From: an uncultured Gammaproteobacteria bacterium
GTDB lineage: Bacteria > Patescibacteriota > Patescibacteriia > Magasanikbacterales > UBA922
Length of the DNA stretch: 64,000 nucleotides
Direction of reading: 5' to 3'
NCBI GenBank assembly: GCA_964522405.1
Contig: CAZFTR010000004.1
Span: forward strand, 22,349 to 86,348
In this document: in pieces, positions 20,789 to 28,371 of the stretch
Position numbering within the stretch: the stretch's first letter is position 1
Layout: every line of letters starts with the position of its first letter
Position numbers and translations under genes: made by a program
Notes under the pieces: generated by a model
The model's input: only the letters and a program-made list of their open reading frames with translations
Told to the model about the DNA's origin: nothing
The model's database searches: none

Positions 20789-21568
20789 TTAATGTGCTCC
20801 ATGTGGTTTTTCTATTGCAACTGTCATGTATACAAGTGTTAACATAGCAAATACAGCAGCTTGAATCAGACCAACAAGTAGCTCAAGTAACATAAATGGT
20901 GTAGGTACCAGCAATGTAACAAGTGCAGAAATCACTGTAATAAGAACTTCTCCGGCAAAAATATTTCCAAATAAACGCAATGAAAGTGAAAGAACCTTAG
21001 CTATTTCACTAACTATCTCAATCAGACCAACTCCAAATTCAATAACAGCAGTAAGAACAGCAACCGGTCCTTTGGTAATAGCTTTAAAAACATTTTTTAT
21101 CTGAACAAATTTTCCAAGATGTGTAAAAACTCCAATACTAACAAATCCAAGTATATGAGATCCAAGCACAGCAACAAGAGCCATGGCAGCAGTAAGATTC
21201 AAATCACTATTGGCTGGTCTAAGTAGAAAATTATGTCCAACAGTAATACTTCCTGTTCCTGGTAGAAGGCCTAACCAATTTGAAAGTAAAATAAAAAAGA
21301 AGATAGATCCGACAATTGGCAGAAAGCGAATTGTCTTTTTTCTATCTCCTGTTACTTGGTCAAAGAATGGAAGTAGCATGTCTACTATATATTCACATGC
21401 GTTTTGGAATTTTCCAGGACGAAGTTTAATGTTTTTTTTGATTGTAATACCCACTGCGAGCAAAATTAATACAGCTATCCAAGCATTTATCATGGTATTA
21501 GTAATATTGATTGATCCAATATTAAATAAAACTTCTGGTGCCAATGTTGGAATATGTATTTCTGCCAT
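20789..21568 (-). CDS. atpB: ATP synthase Fo a subunit
   Basis: SLSLRLFGNIFAGE, IQA.VF..LT..Y. Confidence 0.97.
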   Translation of the reverse strand: MAEIHIPTLAPEVLFNIGSINITNTMINAWIAVLILLAVGITIKKNIKLRPGKFQNACEYIVDMLLPFFDQVTGDRKKTIRFLPIVGSIFFFILLSNWLGLLPGTGSITVGHNFLLRPANSDLNLTAAMALVAVLGSHILGFVSIGVFTHLGKFVQIKNVFKAITKGPVAVLTAVIEFGVGLIEIVSEIAKVLSLSLRLFGNIFAGEVLITVISALVTLLVPTPFMLLELLVGLIQAAVFAMLTLVYMTVAIEKPHGAH

Positions 21569-21577
21569 ATATAATTA

Positions 21578-21865
21578 TTACTTATCAGTGTCTGTTTTTT
21601 GTAAAATGCTTTTCTTTTCTATTGATTCGTATTCTCGTCCGTAATTTCTGGCTTTTTTCTTGATGCTCAGAGTTGATAGCACTGCCGCAACAATAAAAGC
21701 TAAAATCAGAAATTTTGGAGCTGAATCATATTTTGCATCGAGCCATTGCCCAATCAGTACTGAAATGATCAGCGGCACAGCAATAGTTGCCCCAAAATCA
21801 CTGGCAATCCTCAAACCGAGCATAATATACTTGCGATCAGTGTTATTTTTGGGCTTTTGGTCCAT
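21578..21865 (-). CDS. AtpZ/AtpI (ATPase gene 1) family protein
   Basis: Two TM helices with G.WLD....S.P motif; first gene of the atp operon. Confidence 0.8.
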   Translation of the reverse strand: MDQKPKNNTDRKYIMLGLRIASDFGATIAVPLIISVLIGQWLDAKYDSAPKFLILAFIVAAVLSTLSIKKKARNYGREYESIEKKSILQKTDTDK

Positions 21866-21954
21866 ATAAAAAAGAAAAGAACGCTCTATTTAGAGCGCCC
21901 ATATTATATACTATATATTTAGGTTAGTCAATGGTATTTTTTTGTGGATGTGGA

Positions 21955-23436
21955 TTACCTGTTTGGCTTAGGTGGGAGGCGATACTGCGCTTCTCTAAAT
22001 TCATCTGATGGACCTTTTCTGAATTGAATTTCATCTTGGAGTATTCTATCTGTTTCAATTGGAACATTTCTAGTTTCTTTTTGCCATTTTTCTGCCAATT
22101 CATCACGTGATTCTTGATCTTCTGGATATTCAAAATCATTTTTTCTGGCTAAGTGCGCATACATTGTCTGAACTTTTTGAGGTAATTTTTCTATTGCTTC
22201 GAGTACAGCCTTACTATGAACTTCGAAAACTCTTAATTCGATTCTACCGGCACCACTACCTTCAATTTCATCTGCGCCTTTTACGAAAAAAGGTGCATCC
22301 CATTCATCATCATCAAGTCTTTTTCTGGAAGACACACGGTCTTTGAGAAAAATATTTTGTAATTTCATAATCTCCTCATATTCAGAGGAGCTACTATCTA
22401 ACACATCTCGACTTCTGGTTTTTAAACCATATTGTGCCCTCTCTAACACATCAAAAAGTTCCTCAGATGGAATTTCAAGATTTAGATGCATGGTAGTCTT
22501 CCCTTCTTTTAATCCACTCTTCGGAATAAACCCGGATTCAACCAATGATTCAAGTGAAAGTGAAGCTAATTTGGCATTTTTAAATGGCCGAGATACTAAC
22601 TCGATATACTTTCCATGCTCTCTGTCCAACTGCAAATCAGACATTGAGCGTAAATTATTGTAGTCTCGTTTTGCTGGGGTATTGTCTACGTAATTTGGTA
22701 TTTCTACCTCATAACCGATCATAGGCAAATCCGGGTCAGACTCGTCGGCAAGTGCTTCTTTTATTCTTCGGACATAATCAAATATTCTGTCATGCTCAAC
22801 AACCCCATCCTGATTTTGTGATAATAACATCGGCCCGACAATTCTTAGAAATTCATTGAAGCTAATTTCTTCTTCCTTAAATTGATTTCTATCATATATT
22901 TCTCGTGCTTTATTAAAAAGCTTGCTAAGTTCTTTGAGCTCTTTTTCAAATGAATCAGGAAGTGTTAAAAAAAAATAAAACTTTGGATGCCTTAAAATTA
23001 CCGGTACGTATTCATGATTAACTCTTCCCCAAGTTTTTTCAGGAAAATCCTTAGTTATATGTAAAAGTTTGAGTAAATCAGGAGATTCAAAAATCATTAA
23101 ATGAAATTTTTCCGGTATGGTTTGCCAAACTTGTGGTGTTGCTGCTGAAATAACATTTGCAACTGTTTGAAATTCATCATCACCAGCAAAGGAAAGACCT
23201 AATACACGCTTAAGAACTACTTTTGGCATAGCCAATATGTTTTCTAAGTAATGCTTCAGCAGGTAGCTATTATCTGCCTTATCCTCTAGCAGGATTTCCA
23301 AATTATAAGGTATCTGACCATCTCCCCCCACCTGATCAGGATGATTTCTAAACAAAACATCAAGACTTAATTTCTGATCTGGATATTTATCTAGCAAATC
23401 TCTATAAGCTTTGGTATCTCTAAAAGCGTCAGTCAT
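21955..23436 (-). CDS. Hypothetical protein with possible amidoligase/GCS-fold C-terminal domain
   Basis: 493 aa; IGYEVEIP, IELVSRP, MHLNL, RIELRVF in the order seen in COOH-NH2 ligase (amidoligase_2/GCS2) folds. Confidence 0.55.
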   Translation of the reverse strand: MTDAFRDTKAYRDLLDKYPDQKLSLDVLFRNHPDQVGGDGQIPYNLEILLEDKADNSYLLKHYLENILAMPKVVLKRVLGLSFAGDDEFQTVANVISAATPQVWQTIPEKFHLMIFESPDLLKLLHITKDFPEKTWGRVNHEYVPVILRHPKFYFFLTLPDSFEKELKELSKLFNKAREIYDRNQFKEEEISFNEFLRIVGPMLLSQNQDGVVEHDRIFDYVRRIKEALADESDPDLPMIGYEVEIPNYVDNTPAKRDYNNLRSMSDLQLDREHGKYIELVSRPFKNAKLASLSLESLVESGFIPKSGLKEGKTTMHLNLEIPSEELFDVLERAQYGLKTRSRDVLDSSSSEYEEIMKLQNIFLKDRVSSRKRLDDDEWDAPFFVKGADEIEGSGAGRIELRVFEVHSKAVLEAIEKLPQKVQTMYAHLARKNDFEYPEDQESRDELAEKWQKETRNVPIETDRILQDEIQFRKGPSDEFREAQYRLPPKPNR

Positions 23437-23438
23437 AT

Positions 23439-24332
23439 TTAATTTAAAATCTTTTTGAATAATCTTTTTGAATTCTCAACTAATATTTCTTTTAATTCTT
23501 TCTCCTCAACTCCACGCAAGTTTGAAATAAATTTGATCTGCTCTTCGCACATCCAAGGTTCAGATCTTTTTCCACGATATTTCTGAGGAGCAAGATAAGG
23601 CGAATCAGTTTCCACTAGAATTCTATCAAGTGGAATATTTTTTACTACTTCTAATAAATCTTCTTGCTGTTTTGGATTGGTTTTCTTTGCCGGAAAGGTA
23701 ATAATTCCTGTGAAACCCAAATAACAGCCCAGATTCAGATATTCCTGAGCTACTTGCCAATTTCCACTAAAACAATGCACTGTAGCGCGAATTTCTTCAT
23801 TCAATGATTTTAATAATTCGATCAAATGTCCATGCGCACTTGAATTGACACTTAGTTTTGCATCCGGTTTTGCGTCACGAGTATGAATAACAAGAGCAAG
23901 ATTGTTGTTTTTGGCAAATTTATAATGATCTAAAAAAACTTTTTTTTGTTTTTCAAGGACTATTTCTGTATCAATCTCATTTGGATCCGGTATATGAAAT
24001 AGATCTATTCCAGTCTCCCCTACTCCAATAATTTTGTCTGGGGCTGAATTATATAACTCTTGATAGTAATCAACATCAAAATCTTCTTCCTTACTGGTAA
24101 AACTGCTCTCTTCTTCATCTATATAAGTAGGAAATAGATGATTGGGATGGGTTCCAATGGTTGCGTACATATCTTCATGCTCTCGAGCAAGCTCTACAGC
24201 CAACTTACTGGTATTTTTTTGAGTACCTACCAGATTCACAATGGTGTTTTTCTCTCTAATTCTTTTTATTATTTCCTCTCGATCTTGATCCAAGCCCTTA
24301 AATTGTAAATGTGAATGTGTATCAATTATCAT
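23439..24332 (-). CDS. tatD: TatD family nuclease
   Basis: IDTHSHL, G.HP, VGETG.D, IH.RDA, VHCFSG, ETDSPYLAP. Confidence 0.95.
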   Translation of the reverse strand: MIIDTHSHLQFKGLDQDREEIIKRIREKNTIVNLVGTQKNTSKLAVELAREHEDMYATIGTHPNHLFPTYIDEEESSFTSKEEDFDVDYYQELYNSAPDKIIGVGETGIDLFHIPDPNEIDTEIVLEKQKKVFLDHYKFAKNNNLALVIHTRDAKPDAKLSVNSSAHGHLIELLKSLNEEIRATVHCFSGNWQVAQEYLNLGCYLGFTGIITFPAKKTNPKQQEDLLEVVKNIPLDRILVETDSPYLAPQKYRGKRSEPWMCEEQIKFISNLRGVEEKELKEILVENSKRLFKKILN

Positions 24333-24386
24333 ATTAATCCTTAAATGTAATCAAATTATACAGTAAATTAAAATTTAATGAAATTT

Positions 24387-24415
24387 TTGACAAAATAATT
24401 AATCTTAAATACTAT
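24387..24415 (+). promoter_or_regulatory. Sigma70 promoter of GC islet 5
   Basis: TTGACA-17 nt-TACTAT. Confidence 0.7.
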
Positions 24416-24459
24416 AAGTTATAGAGACCAAGTCGGCACCCCCGGCAAGGAAAATAGCC

Positions 24460-24588
24460 GTGAGCAAATTCAGAGATAATCCCAAACTGTCGGACAAGCC
24501 TCCTGTGTTCACCATCGAGTGCAATCACTGCTTCGTCCGGATCATGATCTGGGCCAATAGGTGTTGGTACTGCGGCCGCGCTCGATGA
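24460..24588 (+). CDS. Small zinc-ribbon protein (islet 5), 42 aa, not in ORF track
   Basis: AAGGA then GTG; MSKFRDNPKLSDKPPVFTIECNHCFVRIMIWANRCWYCGRAR* has CxxC-x10-CxxCG. Confidence 0.7.
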   Translation: MSKFRDNPKLSDKPPVFTIECNHCFVRIMIWANRCWYCGRAR

Positions 24589-24632
24589 GTACCTGTGAAC
24601 CAAGCAAGAACATCAACCGCTCACCGGCGACC

Positions 24633-24707
24633 AAGCTCGTTCGCGTCGCCAACAATATTTTAAATTCAAATTTTAAAATATTGTTGGAGGAATACGCGAA
24701 CGAGCTT
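24633..24707. repeat. Long imperfect inverted repeat ending islet 5
   Basis: AAGCTCGTTCGCGT-cg-CCAACAATATTTTAAA-loop-TTTAAAATATTGTTGG-aggaat-ACGCGAACGAGCTT. Confidence 0.85.
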
Positions 24708-24715
24708 TTGGTTAC

Positions 24716-24743
24716 AAAAAAAGCACCATGAAATGCTTTTTTT
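24716..24743. terminator. Bidirectional terminator-like hairpin
   Basis: AAAAAAAGCA-ccatgaaa-TGCTTTTTTT. Confidence 0.55.
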
Positions 24744-24759
24744 GTCTAAAATATAGATT

Positions 24760-25296
24760 TTATAAAAGTATCCCTTCAGTATAATCTACAGTTGATTTCA
24801 ATAACTGAAAAGCATCTGGCAAAAGAGGAACCAGTAAATTAGCAATATTACTAAAAAAAGCTGCCATATCTGACTGAGCAAGCTTTTGCATAAGAGCTTC
24901 TGAAATTGGAAACCTCTCTATGAAATATACAATTGCTGCCAGCGTCAGAGTTCCTTCGAGCGCACCAAACACAGCGCCAAGAAGTCTATTTACAGTTCCA
25001 ACAAGCGGTAAATGAGTGAAAACAGACAAAATTTTTCTAAAAAACCAAAAAGCTATTCCTACTAACCTGACAATCAACAAAAATCCGACCACAAACAAAA
25101 CGATTTTCGCTGTATTACTTTCCCATCCAAGAAAACCTGCTAACCATGATGCAGCAAGATCATAGTATCTACTAGCTAAAAAAATTCCCAAAACCACACC
25201 CAGTAGTGATCCAAGAGCATGGATAAGACCAAAGCGCAAACCTGCTATTGCAAATATGGCGATTACTGCTATAAAGATAATATCAAGCGAAGGCAT
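24760..25296 (-). CDS. cvpA: CvpA (colicin V production) family membrane protein
   Basis: LDII....I.....G...G..., NRLLGAVFG..EG, C-terminal ..S.. pattern. Confidence 0.85.
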   Translation of the reverse strand: MPSLDIIFIAVIAIFAIAGLRFGLIHALGSLLGVVLGIFLASRYYDLAASWLAGFLGWESNTAKIVLFVVGFLLIVRLVGIAFWFFRKILSVFTHLPLVGTVNRLLGAVFGALEGTLTLAAIVYFIERFPISEALMQKLAQSDMAAFFSNIANLLVPLLPDAFQLLKSTVDYTEGILL

Positions 25297-25373
25297 ATTA
25301 ATCTATTGCTTTAATATTTAAAATGTGATATTTTTAGCGCTGTAATCCAGACTCGAGACAGGAGAAAGCCATC

Positions 25374-25706
25374 ATGGCAAAAGGAGACAAGAATCGCGGT
25401 CTGCGGCGCCGACGGCGGCGGCAGGAGGCCAAGAAGCAACGTCAGCTGCGGCAGGCGATCGCCACCATGGAGGAGCGACGCGGCGAAGAGCCTCAGTGGA
25501 CCTGCGGTGCCAACATCGGTACCCATCGAGAGCCCAAGCCCTGCGGCACCAAGGTGCTGATGACGAAGGGCAGCTGCCCCAAAGGCCACACCTGGCCGAA
25601 GATGACGGGCGGCAAGGCTCGCGAGCAGGCCGGCGTGGATCACGGCCGCGGCCACGGCTACCGACCCTACACACCGCCCCGCGACGACTACGACTACCCC
25701 TGGTAG
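25374..25706 (+). CDS. GC-rich ORFan (islet 6), basic N-terminus, possible Zn-binding C..C..CxxGH
   Basis: AGGAG SD, ATG 25374; promoter TTGCTT (25306)-17 nt-TATTTT with TG; 25561-25620 is 40/60 GC; RRRRRR run. Confidence 0.72.
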   Translation: MAKGDKNRGLRRRRRRQEAKKQRQLRQAIATMEERRGEEPQWTCGANIGTHREPKPCGTKVLMTKGSCPKGHTWPKMTGGKAREQAGVDHGRGHGYRPYTPPRDDYDYPW

Positions 25707-25743
25707 GCAGAAGGAGGCTTCAGAACCTACGATCGCACCCCCA

Positions 25744-25775
25744 CCCCCGTGTCTGTTCTCGAGAAGACGCGGGGG
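25744..25775. repeat. GC-rich hairpin ending islet 6
   Basis: CCCCCGTGTC-tg-TTCTCGAGAA-GACGCGGGGG. Confidence 0.7.
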
Positions 25776-25818
25776 CAGACAGACTTTTCTTAAATTTGAG
25801 TTTTAAAAAACTCTTTTT

Positions 25819-27327
25819 TTATTTTTCTAATCTTTTAAATAATATTTCTCCTTTTTTTATTATAGCATCTTTTTGCAATCTTCCCCACTCTTTTTCCAAC
25901 TCCAGCGCTTCTAATTTTTCTGAATCAATTCCAAGCTGAGATAAAATCTTTTTTGCTGATTCCGGGATTACTGGAAGAAGTGCAATTGCAATATGACGAA
26001 GTGCTTCTGCAAGCTGATATAGTAGCTCTGAAATATCTTCACCATTTTTTGCCTTTTCCCATGGTTTTTGATTTGAAATCTTTTCATCACATTTTGAGAC
26101 TAAGCTATTTATGTGATTTATCAAATCATCGAATTTGTATTGATTAACTAAGTCAGTGTAGTATTTCCAAAACTTATCTAAATCGAAAATATCTTGAGCT
26201 ACTTCTGGCACACTACCATCACTATACTTCTCAAGCATAGTCAAAATCCTCGAAGTCAAATTCCCAACTCCATTTACCAAGTGCGCTGTATAAAATTCCT
26301 CAAATCTGGAAATACTAAAATCACCATCATCATGAGCCGGAATTGCCCCAAGAAGATAATACCTTACTGCATCTATCCCGTATTTCTGGACAGTTTCATA
26401 AGGATCAACTACATTTCCAACGCTTTTACTCATTTTTTGACCTTCTGAAGTTATAAATCCATGAATAAATACTTGTTTTGAAGGTTCTACACCTGCTGAA
26501 AGCAGCATAGCTTGCCACATAGCGGTCTGCTGGCGAAGGTTGTCTTTTCCGGCAACCTGAACTCCCGGCCAAAAATCTGCAAAATCGCCCTTTTCATTCG
26601 GCCAACCCAGTGTTGAGATATAGTTAATAAGCGCGTCAAACCAAACATACATAACATGATCAGGATCTCCAGGAACATCCACTCCCCAAGGCATTTTCTC
26701 TCGCAATCTGGAAATACTAAAATCCCTTAAACCTGATTTAACAAATGTTTTTATTTCATTGAAACGATAATCTGGAATTACAAAATCTGGCTGATTTTCA
26801 TAAAGCTCAAGTAATTTATCCTGGTATTTACTAAATAGGAAAAAATAATTTTCTTCATCAATTAATTCAATTTCATAGGTGGGATGAATTGAACATTTTC
26901 CATCAACCAGTTCTGAATCTGTTTTCTCTAGTTCACAACCCACACAATACTTTACTTGGTATTTTCTTTTTTCAATATCTCCATTTTTATTGCATAGTTC
27001 CCAAAAATGTTGTGCTGCTTTTTTGTGATCTGGATTAGTTGTTTGAATAAATGTCAAACCATTCCAAAGCCCAAGAAGATTTTTCAGATCTCTAAACTTA
27101 TCAGCATATTCATCTACATATTTCTGTGTTTCCACTCCTGCCTCCTCGGCATTTCGGTAAATCTTAAGTCCATGCTCATCTGTTCCAGTATTAAAAAAGA
27201 CTCTCTCTCCTAAAAGTTCATGATAGCGCGCAATGACATCTGCCTGAATAATTTCTAAAGCAAAACCGATATGAGGCTTGGCGTTCACATATGGAAGTGT
27301 TGTTGTGATGTAGAAGTTTTTTGGCAT
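25819..27327 (-). CDS. metG: Methionyl-tRNA synthetase (no C-terminal tRNA-binding extension)
   Basis: YITT.LPYVN..PHIG, TGTDEHG, YVWFDAL.NY, KMSKS. Confidence 0.96.
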   Translation of the reverse strand: MPKNFYITTTLPYVNAKPHIGFALEIIQADVIARYHELLGERVFFNTGTDEHGLKIYRNAEEAGVETQKYVDEYADKFRDLKNLLGLWNGLTFIQTTNPDHKKAAQHFWELCNKNGDIEKRKYQVKYCVGCELEKTDSELVDGKCSIHPTYEIELIDEENYFFLFSKYQDKLLELYENQPDFVIPDYRFNEIKTFVKSGLRDFSISRLREKMPWGVDVPGDPDHVMYVWFDALINYISTLGWPNEKGDFADFWPGVQVAGKDNLRQQTAMWQAMLLSAGVEPSKQVFIHGFITSEGQKMSKSVGNVVDPYETVQKYGIDAVRYYLLGAIPAHDDGDFSISRFEEFYTAHLVNGVGNLTSRILTMLEKYSDGSVPEVAQDIFDLDKFWKYYTDLVNQYKFDDLINHINSLVSKCDEKISNQKPWEKAKNGEDISELLYQLAEALRHIAIALLPVIPESAKKILSQLGIDSEKLEALELEKEWGRLQKDAIIKKGEILFKRLEK

Positions 27328-27332
27328 AATTA

Positions 27333-27361
27333 TTGTTTAGTGTGTTTTTTTATGATATAAT
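27333..27361 (+). promoter_or_regulatory. Antisense sigma70 promoter of GC islet 7
   Basis: TTGTTT-17 nt-TATAAT with extended TG. Confidence 0.65.
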
Positions 27362-27385
27362 CTTTGTTGCGATGTGCATCAATTG

Positions 27386-27541
27386 ATGTGGGCGATTGTC
27401 GGTTACTCCAGTTTTCATAATTGTTGGTTCTGCCAACTTCCGATCGGGTTGAAGCCTGGACCGTCCTGGAAGGATCCCGAAACAAGCTCCGTCGCTGTCA
27501 GGGGACAAAAACCGCAAGCTCCTCACGCTTGCCGACCATGA
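27386..27541 (+). CDS. Possible 51-aa CxxC...HxC peptide (islet 7), not in ORF track
   Basis: MWAIVGYSSFHNCWFCQLPIGLKPGPSWKDPETSSVAVRGQKPQAPHACRP*; no clear SD; the islet could instead be an ncRNA. Confidence 0.4.
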   Translation: MWAIVGYSSFHNCWFCQLPIGLKPGPSWKDPETSSVAVRGQKPQAPHACRP

Positions 27542-27602
27542 ATTCAGAACATCTACGTCGGATCGCCGGTAGAGAGTAGGTTGCGTCCCCTGGCATCCAA
27601 CT

Positions 27603-28271
27603 CTACTTGCCAACCACTACAACAAACTCGCCTTTTTCTTTAATTTTTAAATTACCGATCTCACTAATTTTTCCGCGATAAACTGTTTCAAATTTCTTGG
27701 TTAATTCTCGACAAATACAAATTTTTATTTCTGGATCAAGCACTTTTGATAAATTATCAAGTGTTTTTTTAATTCTATGACTTGACTCATATAGCGCAAC
27801 AGTATATTTCTGATTAGACAACTCTTCAAAATATTTATTTCTTGCTTTTTTGTGGGGTGGAAATCCCAAAAAAACAAACTTATCTGTTGGAAATCCTGAA
27901 ATACTCAAGGCTGTAGTCACTGCAGAAACTCCCGGAATAGGGATTATTTGCAAATCTTCAACATTATTTAACAGATCTTCAATTAATTTATTTCCCGGAT
28001 CGCTTATCCCCGGAGTTCCAGCATCAGTAACAAGAGCTAGATTCAAACCCTGATTTAATAATTCTGAAATCTCTTTTATTCTCTTAGTAGAACTATGCTG
28101 ATGATAAGTTTTTACCTTAGTATCTATCTGATAATGGTTTAAGAGCTTTCTAGTTACTCGAGTATCTTCACATAAAATAAAATCTACGCTTTTAAGAGTA
28201 GCAATGGCTCGAAGAGTGATATCTGCCAAATTACCAATTGGCGTAGAAACTATGTATAAAATGGGATTCAT
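27603..28271 (-). CDS. rsmI: 16S rRNA (cytidine1402-2'-O)-methyltransferase
   Basis: LYIVSTPIGNL.DIT.RA, CEDTR.T, DAGTPGISDPG, RELTK.FE. Confidence 0.96.
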   Translation of the reverse strand: MNPILYIVSTPIGNLADITLRAIATLKSVDFILCEDTRVTRKLLNHYQIDTKVKTYHQHSSTKRIKEISELLNQGLNLALVTDAGTPGISDPGNKLIEDLLNNVEDLQIIPIPGVSAVTTALSISGFPTDKFVFLGFPPHKKARNKYFEELSNQKYTVALYESSHRIKKTLDNLSKVLDPEIKICICRELTKKFETVYRGKISEIGNLKIKEKGEFVVVVGK

Positions 28272-28371
28272 AGTGCTTAGTTTAGCAAAGAAAAGCTAAA
28301 TTTGCAAACAAATTTATTTCGATTATAGGCTGATAGTTTTTTAATATAAATTATGATATAATAATCTCAAT

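Noticed and set aside
24420-24431. 12-nt match TATAGAGACCAA shared with the leader of the CxxC-x17-CxxC gene (49677-49666, -)
   Set aside because: 12-mer matches are expected by chance in 64 kb of AT-rich DNA, and there is no extended similarity
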